Positions 26,800-39,938 are shown, counted from the first letter of the stretch. The stretch is DNA of 64,000 nucleotides from Trichosphaerium sp. ATCC 40318 (GCA_038496445.1 JALMLS010000342.1:124001-188000); one strand, 5' to 3'. A program made the numbers and translations. Notes: generated by a model not told the origin, from the letters alone.

Positions 26800-28226
26800 T
26801 GCGTTTAAATAATAATAAGTGCATACTGCCGTAGCGTTACCGTCAGACTGCTATATTTCGCATTTTTACCTCAGAACTGGAAATGAAAACCGTTCCTGTT
26901 GGAAAGCGATACGTTACCTCACCTGTGTTTGGGTTGTCAACGTTTGGGCGTTTTGTGGCGACAGTAGGTACTTTGAGTTTGTGTTATGTTTGTTTTGTCA
27001 ATATCTCGTAGGAAGGCGTGGAAGGGACCGTGGCGTTATAGAAGTAGCGAAATTAGGGAGTAACGATGATCCGTACGCAAGTAAAACGTTAACACAGCCA
27101 ATCTAACCGTAATCTAAGCCAAAGTACGTGGGGTAGCCCATTGGGCTTATTCATTAAATGGCAGCAGGTACATAAGCAAATTTGCGCACTACAACAATTA
27201 ACTCAACAAAAGGAACACAGTACAGGTGTAAAAGCCATTGCTTGGGGTGGAGACGCATTATGGATAGTGGGAGGAGATTTTGACGGGAGAATAACCCTTT
27301 ACAACACTGACAGGTAATGTGTCATTTTGTTTTCCATTTTTGATGAAATTCTCAGTTCGTACTCCATCTCTTCAGTGCAAGGTACTGAAGCTGTAATCCA
27401 CCAAGTTGTAACAAAAAATGCACCATCACCTGCTGTACTATCATGTTGCTCGTCAGGTGGAGAGATAGCGTTGTGGGATATCCGCCAACTAAAAAATGCT
27501 ACTGTGTCCATTACTTGCAGCAAGAAAAACGTATGACACTTTTCATGACTTAGAAGGTCTCACGATAATTATAGGATAAACCTGATTGTTGGTCCTCTTC
27601 GTTTGATTATAGTGGTAACTATGTGTCCGGAGGTTACTCTGACGGTTATATTCGTACGTTTGATTTGAGAAAAAACTCAATGGTTAGCGAAGTATTATTG
27701 GGAAAAGGTATACACAAGAAACTTACGTTTTCTGTTTCTCATTACGTTTTTAGGTGTCTGCTCTGTCGAGTATGATAAATCAAATTCCTTACTTGCCACA
27801 ACACTAAATGGAGAATGTCACTTGTACAATAACACTGGCAGTGAGTATACACTCGAGAGTTCTTATCTCATAAATAATTAGAAACCAAAAGACATGACGT
27901 ATTACAGTCAAGCGATTCGACAATGTGGTGTGCGAAACAAAGTCCTACGCATCCCAATTTGTGTGCGGCTAGTGATCAGAATGGGATAATGTATTTTTAC
28001 AACAAGAAAGACAAGCTTAAGAAACTACACGAGATTTGTTTAAGTCCTACAAATATGCCCATCACAACTTTTGATTGGTTCGCTGATTGCCCTGGTAAAC
28101 GATTCTCCTTTAATTCTCTTTATTGCTATCGCTAAATAATGACTAGGTTTGATGGTTTACACCCCCATGGATCAGACAATAGGACTACTAGCATTAACGA
28201 ATATAAATGGAATAAAAACAATTTGA
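26800..28226 (+). CDS. WDR92: WD40 protein, divergent WDR92/DNAAF10-like
   Basis: PDCWSSSF..GYSDGYIRTFDLR..GKGVCSVEYD..LLATTLNG, STMWCAKQSP and PITTFDWFADCPGLMVYTPMDQTI match the WDR92 motif order (from recall). 5' exon uncertain. Confidence 0.7.
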
Positions 28227-28442
28227 TACGTTTGTGCGAAAACATTTTCGCTTAAAGTTGTTTTTTTGTGTTTGTTTTCAGTATTTTCTCGGAGAACTGA
28301 TTTACTTGCTATTCCAAGCTGTGTTTGTTACCTTATTGCAAGTTCTAAAAAACCTTTGTGTTGGTTACGTATCATTACAAGTACATACGTCATTTCTTCC
28401 TTCACCGAATGTGACCTATCATAAATACACAATTAATACAGA

Positions 28443-29791
28443 ATGAGCAACTACAGGCAGGGTACGCCTCAAATTAATAGCCACGTCTAATGCGTGCTAC
28501 AGGTCGCAGGAACAATCGTTCAAATTACAGGGGTGGTGGTAAAAGGGGTGGCGGCGGTGGTAGACCTGCAAGGGATGCAAGTTGGGCTCCACAGCAGCCA
28601 ACACGCGATTTAAAATTTAAGGTACCAGGAGGAGCTTACAAAGGTACGAAATAGCTAACATACGCATATTTTGACGTATTTAGGCTTGCAATATATAATT
28701 TCTGGTGGTGCAGGCGTAACAGAGTTAAAAGCTCTTGAAATCGCTCGGAAATGTGGTATCAACACTCGGTACACCCACTTAAATCGCATCCTATTTTTAC
28801 TTTTGTTTAGTGGCAACGCATACAGCGGAGTTAGCCAAGACACGCTTCGCAAGTACAAAATAAGCAGTCAAAAATACGATAATGCCGATATTTATCAGCT
28901 GGTACTGTTTCGTCTTGATTTCCTACAACTTTATTTGTTGACAGCTTTTTTGTACAGAACATTGAGGAATCACAAGCTGTTATTATTCTAAAAACAGTGG
29001 CCAAGCCACATGGAGGTATTAGCAAGACTATATCGTACTGTGACTCTCGTGATTGGCAAACTTATGCCACAGAGGTATAGTTTATTTTCTAGCAATCATT
29101 CATCACTTGTTATTAACTAAAAGAGTAAAGGTAACAAAGTCCTTTGAAATGCATAATCATAGACACTTATTTGTGGCTTCAACTGACGTTGATATTGATA
29201 CGCAAGTCAAAAACTTGCAACGATTTATCCTCGACAACCACATCAAGTAAGACCTAATTAAAATGTATTTTCAAAAGTACTTACTAATGCGCAAAAAGGG
29301 TTGCATATGTCACCGGCTTATCTAGTGCTGCTGAAGCAGAACAACTTTTACAACCAGTATTCTCGCACTGTAGTATGAAAGCACGTCCTGAAGTACCAAA
29401 AACAGTAAAGAATCCACTAAAGGATCATCACCCAAGTCGTCAACTTGTAAAACACTCCAGGAAACAGCAATTCGATGTTTACATTGGTAGACCATCTTTC
29501 TGGGGCATGTGAAGTTACTCTTTTATAAGACTCAATGAAAGCTGACGTTTAGCTTTAGGTAATCCTTTCAAAGTTGGCAAAGACAAGGATGGAGATAGGC
29601 ATGAAGTAACGACAAAATATGACGAATGGCTTTGTGCTCAACCAGACTTATGTGCAAGAGCAAGGCGTGAGCTTAAAGGAAAACGAATTGCTTGTTGGTG
29701 TCATCCACTTAAATGTCATGGAGAAGTTCTAGCTCGTGTAGCAAATACAGAAGGTGACCCAAAAATGCCAGCAGATCGTAGTTGGTTGTAA
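28443..29791 (+). CDS. RGG-rich N-terminus + circularly permuted YpsA-type SLOG domain + DUF4326 domain
   Basis: IISGGAGVTELKALEIARKCGI, NIEESQAVIIL..HGGISKT and QRFILDNHIKVAYVTG follow the cpYpsA/putative molybdenum carrier pattern. FDVYIGRPSFWGNPF..ELKGKRIACWCHPLKCHGEVL is the DUF4326 signature. About six introns. Confidence 0.8.
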
Positions 29792-29862
29792 TTTAATTTG
29801 AAGAAGAGTATAATACAATTTTTATTTACAAAGGGGTTTCAAGTGTTAATAAAACTCACTAT

Positions 29863-30918
29863 TCAAAATGCTACTGTAGCCCATTGTGGATCACTTTTTT
29901 TTGTTTGGCCTACTTGTCCTTCTCGAGATTTTTGTTCGCTTTGTGTGAGCATTGCTCTGATTTCTGAGAAGTCTAGCCGTGCTGATAAGTCAAATTTAGG
30001 TGCTGGCTTAGGAGGTGCTGTCTCAAAAGTGATTGCTTGTATACCACCTGATTGTGATGCAATTTGGTTCTCAAGAAGTTGACGCATTAGACATAACATC
30101 TCTGCTTGTTGCTTCTCAACCCTGGAAATAGCATCTAGAACTGTTGAAGCCTTTGGTGCTGCTACACGTGGTTTCCTATGAAACAAACAATAAGAGAATT
30201 GATCCATGGTTTTTAAAAGAGAAAAGTAATGTCAGCGTACTTTTTAGCAGCTGAGCTTTGACTTGTATTTTTTCTCTTCTTTGAAGGTTTAGAAATAACC
30301 TAGCATTGATTATTATTTTTGGTGGTTTAATACACGGTGTAGGACACGTGGGTGGTAGATCACTAAATTCTTACCTTAATTGGTTCTGAATACGTCTCCA
30401 AACGTGGGAACATACTGTCTTTATCATCCCATACCATTATTTTAACTCTGAAGAACGCTTCCTCGTGATGTGATGATAATACTTTAATTTTGATGCTCAG
30501 ATCTAATTGTTCACCATCTGACATCTAAAAACAGCGTTAGAGCTAAACGAGATAAATGTTTCGGCTAAGGATAATTGAAACAGCGGAAATTTGGGAATAA
30601 TTGATGAATTCGTTTTGTTTTTGGGGTTTCTGAAAATACCTCTGATTTATAATCTAACGGCTCAGTCTTAACAAAAGGAACTTCTGTTTGCGTAGGAGTA
30701 TCGTATACGAGTTTGACAGCAAATGTAAGTGATACTAGGCTTGTAGGCGAGCAATCTCTTAAACAAACACTTATATGGAAAGGAGAGTTCTTAACTACTA
30801 CATTGACAAGTTTTGTTTGATTTGAGCGAACTTCACGTGTCTGTGTAAGCGCTGTTTGTCTCGTTATTTCAAGTCTGGCTTTATGGTGAGCTATTGCGAA
30901 GTTTAATATCTCGTCCAT
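29863..30918 (-). CDS. CudA-family transcription factor-like protein
   Basis: VVVKNSPFHI, KLVYD..EVPFVKTEPLDYK, IKIKVLSSHHEEAFFRVKI and SEPIKVISKP, followed by a basic NLS and coiled coil. Confidence 0.8.
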
Positions 30919-31336
30919 TGTTGTTTAGAGGTTGTTGTTAGTGATTTATACAATCGTCTACAGAATTCCACAAAGCCTTTTTTTGCCGTAGAAAGGTGTT
31001 GTGACATTTCCAAATGTGAAAAATCCCAAGGCCCCACAGTTATCTCGTTAGTGTTTTCAAGCGTAGTACAATCTTTTCGGGTATTTATTTTACCGACGGA
31101 TGAACTCTTACTGGTTTTTGATATTTTAAACCAGCCTTGTTTCTGTTAACCACATTGCTTCAACAGAGGCTACTAACCTATTTCCTATATTTTTTTTACT
31201 CACCGGACGGAGTAGAAGTCTTTTTGGGGCATTGGGTAAACGAGCGTACATACAATCACTGAAAAATAGACAAAAAAAGTGGGATTGTGGGGTTTTATAC
31301 GGCATGCCATCTCACGTGATACCTGCTACAAGATGT

Positions 31337-32986
31337 TTACACTAAGCAGGCGTCCTCCTCCACAATGATATTTGACAGCGTTTCCCATAAACCTCTATGG
31401 TTGAAACAGATACTTCCACCACCTCTTTTTCTTTGGCTGAAGGTACGATTGATATCGGCTGCACGAAACGCTGTTAATGGTTTTTTGTTCAATGTTACGC
31501 ACCCAAGCATGTCCACTCAGTACGCTGACCAAGAGCCCACTTAGAATGCTCGTTAGCGATCTTGTATTTAATTCCGTCAAAAGATAATGTGCGAATGTTC
31601 ATCTACATATTTTAGTATTTCTGTCTAAATACTCTTAAACCACATCACTTACGACGTTGTAGGCATATGTAGTTTCATTTCTTTGAGGTTTGGAAGGCTC
31701 AGTAATGTTTTGTCCTTTACAATCTTGGGACATACAAGTGTACTTACCGAACGATCCTCCACACCAACACAGTACTGACAAATCTATTTACGAGTCAATT
31801 TTTGATAAAACCAATACAAACTTACCATCGTTTAGTGTAGGTGCGATGTAGTCTTCGTATAGATCGCTGTGAGTGACTGCGTGCTTTGCAAACGCAACAA
31901 GAGAAGAACCTAATTGATCACGTTAATGGATTACTGTACTGTCAACTACGTGCCATCTCTAGATTTCAAGTCAAGCGAACCTTCGCCTTCGGAATAAACT
32001 GAACGTGATAATTTTTCGAATTCGGGATATTGCTCACCCAACGCTTTTGGTACCCATGTACCGTATATCCAGTAACTACTTAGTTAGTAAGATACCTTTA
32101 ACACTTTCTACTCACTGGTTAAATTGCATCAGTTTAGTTAGGTCATTGATTGACTCGGAGTTGAGATTGATGCAAAAGAAGTGCTGGCCAAAAAACACTT
32201 GCAAAACGATAAGAAAAAAGAAGAAAGAACAAGTAATACTTTGGTGTGGCCCGTAGAACCACTCAGAAGGTGCTTGAAAGCGATTTAAAGGGAAGCCAGG
32301 AGCCGAATGAGAGATCAAAAAACCACCTTCCTTGTCTACAGCGATCATTCCCTTTCCACTGGTTGTCAGTTGGTTTTCTAACGCATAAAAAACGAGTTCA
32401 ATAAATGTACCTTGGCATGTGCAACAGTGACTCCGTTATCGTCTGTATAGTGCGCTGTAGAATTACCATCTACAGCATCCTGTTCAGATGCAAATGTTTG
32501 ATCGTTCCAAATGATGTATGCTGTGTTGTTATCGGGATTTGTAGAACCCTTGACAAGTGTTAGGTTTGTCATCGTACATTTTATGTACTGTGAACAATCC
32601 AAGTTGCATGACAGTTTGGCTAAGTGCAGTGGTCTCTGTTATATCACCCCTAAGTGGTTCTTTCGTTGTTTCATCGACATACAGCGTAAGACGTCTACAA
32701 CATCTTTATAACTGATGACAATGGACTAGGTACCCTCGTTTCGTTCCTGCTACCCTTCCACCGCCTAGTTTAGACATGAACCACCACTCTAGAGTACAAA
32801 TTAGCTTTAAGATATTGCACAAGTTGCTCATCGAGCGTACCGACAGGCTCGCCATCTCTGTTTAGGCAGCCAACCTAAAACGATTAAATTAGCCAAGGAA
32901 GTATCTGCTTGCAAACATACGGAGGCGTTACAAACAGACAAAGTCACTGTCAACAATAAAAAGCATAGGTGCCAATGCGTGGACAT
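31337..32986 (-). CDS. Deoxyribonuclease II (secreted/lysosomal)
   Basis: Signal peptide, CLNRDGEPV..WWFMSK, YIIWNDQ, AHAKG, GFLISHSAPGFP, FGQHFFC, EHSKWA, DINRTFSQRKRGGGSIC. Confidence 0.9.
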
Positions 32987-33155
32987 GTTGGATTGTTTAC
33001 AAATAAGGCAAAGGTGACAAATTAGTACAGTATAAGCGCTGCTTTAAGGACGACTCTCAGTAACAAAAACAGCACTGTAATAACAGTACAAATTGTATGG
33101 TACAGATTTTTATTGGCTTTAAATAGTTGTAGTGCGTAGAGGTTCCAGAAAATGT

Positions 33156-33716
33156 CTAACTGTCAAGCACTTCAATTTTTGTCTTTTCATCTTTTTTCTT
33201 TTTTGTTGGTGATCCTAGCCCAAGTAGTATGTTCTCTCGTGTTACTTCCTTGGTCTCTTTCTCTTCTTTCTCACTTGCGTCGTCCTTTGTCAAAACGACT
33301 GACTAAACGACAAAATGTCAAAATAAAAGTGTCAAGTGTCACTTGGTTGGTACCATTGCGATTGTATCGCTTTCATCGTGGGTTTTTTCAATGTCAAACG
33401 CGTCAGCGCCTTTTTCTTTAATTTCTTTGTCCAGTTCTTCATTTGCCGATTTGAGCTTCGGTAGAAATTGCTGTAAGCGCGACAGTACTAATTACGTAAG
33501 AATGTTGATGGGTTTAAATAAAACGGCGCTCTCAAAGCATGAAAAGTCATGTACCGCTGCTAGCAGGTGGTTTCTTGATTTCAGGCTTTGTTTTAGGCTT
33601 TTTTGATACTACAAAAGGTTCATCTGTATTATTTATGAGTTTCACGCGTGCTATTATTGCTACGGACCAGGATTGGCTACTTCTAATATTTCGTGCTTTC
33701 TTTTAGGTGTTGACAT
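33156..33716 (-). CDS. NOPCHAP1/C12orf45-like (DUF4598) small protein
   Basis: RLQQFLPKLKSANEELDKEIKEKGADAFDIE..TIAM and C-terminal KIEVLDS (family pattern from recall). Confidence 0.65.
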
Positions 33717-33861
33717 GTCAATACTACAAATTTCCGAGCAAATACCTGTAAATACAACCAAGCACTGCTTGTTTTGCTCTTTGCACAGTTTGTGTTAAGT
33801 TGACTTAACGAAACATTTTCAAAACAAAAAAAAAGGAGGGAAACCAACAGCATGAAATAAT

Positions 33862-36800
33862 ATGTACATCGAAAAGATAATTCTAGACGGCTTCAAGTCG
33901 TACGGCCAACGAACTGAAGTGTCTGGCTGGGATCCTCTTTTTAACGCAATAACTGGACTCAATGGTTCAGGTACCTACCAATTGCCCTATCGTAGATAAT
34001 TGTAATTTGGCGCGTAGGAAAATCAAACATCTTTGATGCCATTTGTTTTGTACTGGGTATATCGAATCTGCGACAAGTGCGCGTGAACAACATGAATGAG
34101 CTCGTTTACAACCGCGGTGGAGTTAGAAAGGTTCGTTTTCGCGGAATAGCTTTTTAAACTTGACTGTAATCACTAAAATCTATCATAGGCGAGCGTGACG
34201 ATCATTTTCAACAACTCTGATAGAAAAAATTCACCTGTTGGTTATGAGAAGTATGATAAGATTACCGTTACGCGTCAAGTACGTCACCTACCGCACAAGC
34301 TACGCTAACAACGCTATTTAGATCGTGCTCGGCGGTAGATCGAAATACCTCATCAACGGGCACAATGCTCCTTTATCTCGAGTTCAGAACTTGTTTCACT
34401 CAGTTCAACTCAACGTAAACAACCCTCATTTCTTGATCATGCAAGGACACATCACAAAGATTCTAGCAATGAAGCCTCAAGAGATCCTCGCAAAGATAGA
34501 AGAAGCAGCAGGAACAAGAATGTTTGAAGTAAAGAAAGCAAACGCTCTAAAAACAATACAAAAAAAGCAAAGTAAAGTGGACGACATTGATACTGTTCTA
34601 GCTCAAGAAGTGCGTACTCTTCGAAGACGAACAGAGTTAGTTTTTTTGACATATTTTTTTAATAGATTACGCCTACTCTTGAGAAGCTGAGGAAAGAGCG
34701 TTCGGATTATATGAGATGGATTGCTAATAACCAAGAGTTTGAAAGATTGAACAAAGTTATCATCGCGTATGACTATACAGAAGCTCAAAATAAGCTTGGT
34801 GAATCAGATGGATCACTTGCTAATTACCAGCGTCGTATTGCTGATTTACAAGAGGAGAATACTGAATTATTTGAGAAAATAAAGCGTACAAAATCTCAAA
34901 TTAAGAAGCTTACAAAGCAAAAAGAACAAGTACGCAAAAATCATGATGCTTCGCTGTTTGTATAGTGACTGTCTTTTTTCTTCTTTCTTTTTGAGTGTTG
35001 TCTTACCCTTCTACTTAGGAAATGAGCGCTGCTCTTACTAATCTTGAGCAAGAAGTGAAACAAGCCTCTCAAGTTCTAGTTAAGCTTACGTCTACTTATG
35101 ACCATAAGAAGGAGGCACTAGATGCTGAGGAAGAAAGAATACAGGTACGATTTTTTATTGTTGTGTTCTCATACTTTGGTTGAAATTGACGGATCTGTAA
35201 ACAGAAATTGGAACAAAACATTGAAACCCTTGAAGCTAGTTTAGAATCTGGTCGTGTTAGGGTAGAAAAGGCTAAATTAGAAGCTCAACAAGCTGAAGAA
35301 AGGCGTGAAATGAGACAACAAGACTTGTCCAGCTTAGAACGCACACTTGATCCCGATGGAAAGACAACCACCGATCATCTCATGGGTATGTTTTTGTTTT
35401 TTTATTATTCAAGTTTGTTTGCGTTTGAATGCTAAGTTTACTATTCAAATAGAGGCCAAGCGTGCAGCAACAAATTATGAAACTGAGGAAAAGAGTATAA
35501 AGCATAAGGTAGATCACCTTAAGAAAGATATCAGGGACAGAAAAAAGACACTAAGCAAAGCGAGCAAAGGTATTTTCTTCTTCTCCTTTTTCATTTTTAT
35601 CTAATGACGGGTTTTTTTTAGAGTATGCCAATCTACAATCAGAGAAAGAAGGCATCATGGAGGAGGTTAATGACCTTAAAGCGCAACTAAGAGAGTATGG
35701 TATTACAGATGATCCAGAGGTGTTTATACAGCTTAAAAAAGATAAAAAAGCTTTGGAGAGAGATGTACACCAACTTCTTGAAGTACGCCCTATCAACCCC
35801 TAGTAAACCGAACACAATCTCATGTTGGTTTTTCAGAGACTCGAGAGTTACCGTGTTCGTCTGTCTAGCTTAAATTTCAGGTTCTCTGATCCTGTGGAAG
35901 GATTTGATCGTAACAAGGTCAAAGGCCTTGTTGCAAAGCTTATTAAGATGAAAGACCCTGATTTAACAGCAACTGCATTGCAAGTCACTGCTGGTGGTCG
36001 TTTATACTACGTCGTTGTTGATACACAAGGTATGTTCTATTAGTAATTAACAAACCATTGAGTCAATAGATGTTAACATGTTTGGATATCTTTAGATACT
36101 GCTAAGAAAATTTTGAAGCATGGCAAACTTGAAAGACGTTACACAATGATTCCACTTAATCAAATCCAAGCCAATGTTACATCAACACAGAAAATTAAAA
36201 AAGCCCGTCAACTTGGTACGTCTTTCACACAAAAACATGTTTGGCTTGTTCTTTTGTGAAGTACTTGTTTTATGGTGTTAACACTGCTTAGTCGGCCAAG
36301 CCAATACCAATCATGCTCTATCTCTTATACGTTTCGACCCTGAAGTACAAACTGCAATCCAATACGTATTTGGATCTACAATGGTCTGTAAAGGTAAGCG
36401 CTACCACTATGTAATAAGATGCTGATTTTTTTTTCCTATTAAAGATATGGAATGCGCTAAGCAAGTAACTTTTAACAAAGAAGTTCGATTGCGTACAGTA
36501 ACCCTTGATGGTGATGTATTCGATCCTTCTGGTACTTTGACAGGTGGTGCAGCACCACAAGGAGGAGAGCTACTTAAGCGTATCCACAAATTGAACACTT
36601 CTGAACAAGAGTACATGGACGGACAACAAAAATTGACAGACATGACCGATAAACTCCAATCCCTAGAGAAGATATTCCGTGATATTGACCTTAAGGAGCA
36701 CTCTCTACGTGTCCTTCAAGGTAGGATTGAGCAAAGTAGTCATTACCGTGTTATCAAGAAGATTGAAGATTTGGAGAGATCACTAGCTGAGCAGAAAAAG

Positions 36801-38523
36801 TTGTTGGAACAGATAGTTGTCAAGAAAGAGGAAAGTTATGCACGTGTTCAACAACTTGAAGAACAGATAGGCCATGATGGTAGCGCAAAGAATACACAAG
36901 CACAGATTAAGAAAGCCAAGAAAGCGTTAGTTGCAGCTACAAAGGAAGTACGTTCTTTTTATTTCTTTTGGTTTTTTTTTATACTTGAACTCACACGTGT
37001 GTTTATTAGGTTCGCACTAAACAACAAGATATTGTGAAACTATCGAGTGAGATTGAAGAAATAGAGTCTGAACTTGAAGCTCAGAGAGGTCAACTTGAGG
37101 AGGCCAAAGCTGCGAATGATGTACTCAGTAGAGAGGAAATCGTATTGAAGCAAAAATTAGCTGATGCACAGGTTAGTGTCTGCTTTTGACTGCATTCTTT
37201 TCTTTGTTTTCTCCTCTGGTTAACGGGTTTCTTTAGAGTGCTTATAATGAACAAGAAGCTGCATATCAAGCAGAGAAGGACTTGGCTCTTCAGACTGATA
37301 CACGCATTACTGACTTGATAACTAAGAGAAATGAATCTTCGAAGAAAATGTCTGATAATGATATTGAAATCAAGAAAATAGATCACTCTTTGTCGAGGTT
37401 TAATAAGGATAAGAAGAATGCTGCTAAATATGTTGAGCAAATCACTCGTAAGCATGAATGGATAGAACAAGAGAAGGAGTTGTTTGGTAGACCTGGATAC
37501 GATTATGACTTTAACTCAATGGGAGATGTCAAAAAGGTACAAAGTTTATTTTTCTGTTACAAGGATAAGATTCCTTGGCCCATTTTTGGTTGATATTAAC
37601 ATTGATAGCTTCGTGGACATTTACATAAGTTAAGAGAAACACAAGAGCATCTCGGTGAGCGTATAAACAAGAAGGTTATTCATATGTATGAAAAGTACGT
37701 CAAACTATCTTGCTCTTTTTTTCTTCCTTTCTTTCTTTCTTTCTTCTTATTTCTTTCTTAAGAGCTGAACAAGAGTACCAAGAACTAGTTCAAAAGAAAC
37801 AAATTATTGAGAAAGATAAAGAAAAGATTGAAAAGGTTATTGAGGAACTCGATGAGAAGAAGAATCAAGCATTAGAAAAGACTTATGTTAAAGTGAATGA
37901 AGACTTTGGTAAGATTTTCTCTACTTTACTTCCTGGTACACAAGCAAAGCTTGTACCAAATGGTGATAGTATCCTGGATGGTATATACTTTATGTACGTC
38001 ACGCTATGTCTTCATAAATGCTTATTGTATCTACTTTAGGGTCGCTTTTGGAGAAACTTGGAAGCAGTCCTTGACAGAGCTCTCGGGAGGTCAAAAGTAA
38101 GTTGTGATTTTTTTTCAGTTTTTTCTTGTTAGGCTTTTTCTTTTCTTGCTTCTGGTGGCTTATTTCTTTCTTTAGGTCTTTGCTTGCGTTGTCCCTTATC
38201 CTTGCCCTTCTATTATTCAAACCTGCACCGATGTATATTCTTGATGAGATTGATGCTGCCCTTGATTTATCTCATACTCAAAATATTGGTAAAATGCTTC
38301 GTACTCATTTTTCTCATGCCCAGTTTATTATTATTTCTCTAAAAGAGGTACGTATTTTTTAATCTTACCCTTTTGGCATTTCACTATTGTTCTACACTGT
38401 TCACAGTACTGATATTTTTTCTTCAAGGGTATGTTTAATAACGCCAATGTCTTGTTTAAAGTTAAGCTACTCGATGGTTGTTCTCAAGTAACACGTATTG
38501 AAGCAAAACGTCGCAAACGATAG
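33862..38523 (+). CDS. SMC2: Structural maintenance of chromosomes protein 2 (condensin subunit)
   Basis: [47 protein letters not shown], hinge [57 protein letters not shown]. Confidence 0.98.
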
Positions 38524-38737
38524 AAAGTTGTACAATAATAAATAATATTTTAACTCAAAATCTATACTACTGTTTATATGCAAAGTATACTAACAAGTTA
38601 AGATACAAAATAAAGGTTGTACGTCAACGCCACGTGTTCTAGCAACTAAAAGGTAGGTCTTGTAGTCCCAGAAATCTCCCGTGTCCGATCGTATTTGGCA
38701 GATGCCTAACAACAATTCAGAGCAACACTAACTGATG

Positions 38738-39791
38738 GCTTGTTGAACCCAAGAATTTCTTGAGTATTCTGTCGTTATTTGAGTTTGTTGAATCTCATCC
38801 CACAGTGATCCATTGAGGAACATCATAAGAAAACAAAACTCTTGTGTTAAACGTATATGCTAAACACAAGGGGCAAATAAGAAGTACAGTTGTTTCAAAC
38901 AAAAAGTTGAATAAAAGTTGAGAAGAGATATTAATTGTATTCACTGAAATCATATTTTAATTTTATGTTCAACACTTGTTCATATTTCAAAACAACCAAC
39001 ACACATAACATCGTGGCTAACCTAAACACGAAAATACAATACAATCAAACAATGATAACTCAACAACAAACATCAACAAGTTCACCAGTACGCGTAACAA
39101 TCCAGTTTGACATTGAACAAGAACAAATTTCATCAACTCTCAAAAACATTCTCAATTGTGGAGTTCAAGTTGGTCCAGTATCAATACAAAACGTACGCCC
39201 ACCCTGGACCATATTGCATCCTTTAACAATTAAATATCTTACACATACTCAGGTATCGGATAAACCTTCAACTGAACAACATGACGACATAGAATCAAGT
39301 GACAGTGAAGAGAACGACAGTACCGAGTCAAGCAACACCGACGATACAGAATCTAGCGAAAATATAAATTCTGAAGACAACGCTGGTCTTGTCAATACAA
39401 TCAAAAAATGCCCTCGATTCTTGAAACGTGTTCCATCAGATCAACAAGAACAATGGATCAAAGCAATTCTACAACTTCAATCTGAAGGATACAAAAGATG
39501 GAGACCTTGTCTCAATACAATGATCAAAATTGGGTTCTCAGGAGATGTTCAACAAGTGATCAATGCGATGGAAGAACAAAAAGCATTTCGGATCAAAAAA
39601 AGACAAGAACGCCGAGAGCAGAGGGGTTCAAAACGCAATCAATGTCCTAAACGTGGTAGGCATCAAAGGCGTGCCAACAAATTCAAAAACAAGCATGCTC
39701 AACAAAAACAAAGACAAGAATGCGTCAAGCGCACACAAGAGTAGACTCACAATACTCCAACTACTGCTTGTAAATAAATAGTTGCTCCTAA
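38738..39791 (+). repeat. Copy 1 of a ~1.1-kb dispersed duplication (promoter + gene + polyA region)
   Basis: Near-identical to 44123-45211 and to the reverse complement of 59708-60816, from GCTTGTTGAA to CCTAA. Confidence 0.95.
39052..39744 (+). CDS. Orphan protein, copy 1: acidic Ser/Asp/Glu block, UBA-like three-helix segment, basic tail
   Basis: ATG at 39052, 60-nt GT-AG intron 39193-39252. QWIKAILQLQSEGYKRWRPCLNTMIKIGFSGDVQQVINAM has UBA-like spacing. Confidence 0.75.
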   Translation: MITQQQTSTSSPVRVTIQFDIEQEQISSTLKNILNCGVQVGPVSIQNVRPPWTILHPLTIKYLTHTQVSDKPSTEQHDDIESSDSEENDSTESSNTDDTESSENINSEDNAGLVNTIKKCPRFLKRVPSDQQEQWIKAILQLQSEGYKRWRPCLNTMIKIGFSGDVQQVINAMEEQKAFRIKKRQERREQRGSKRNQCPKRGRHQRRANKFKNKHAQQKQRQECVKRTQE

Positions 39792-39909
39792 ATAGTTTTC
39801 ATTAAATCAAAAAATTTGTTACATTTACTAACACCATACATTGGTTTACTTGCACAACGTCATATCAAGACTGTTTAATGGTTTATTGTGAAACTACAGT
39901 TAAAACACG

Positions 39910-39938
39910 ACAGGTTATAGTAACTTTAACAAGTTGGT
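39910..39938 (+). repeat. 29-bp direct repeat, left copy (ACAGGTTATAGTAACTTTAACAAGTTGGT)
   Basis: Exact match to 43737-43765. Confidence 0.95.

Noticed and set aside
33862-38523. Alternative genetic code to explain the fragmented ORFs
   Set aside because: Stops in conserved genes such as SMC2 fall inside introns, and TAA, TAG and TGA all terminate genes.
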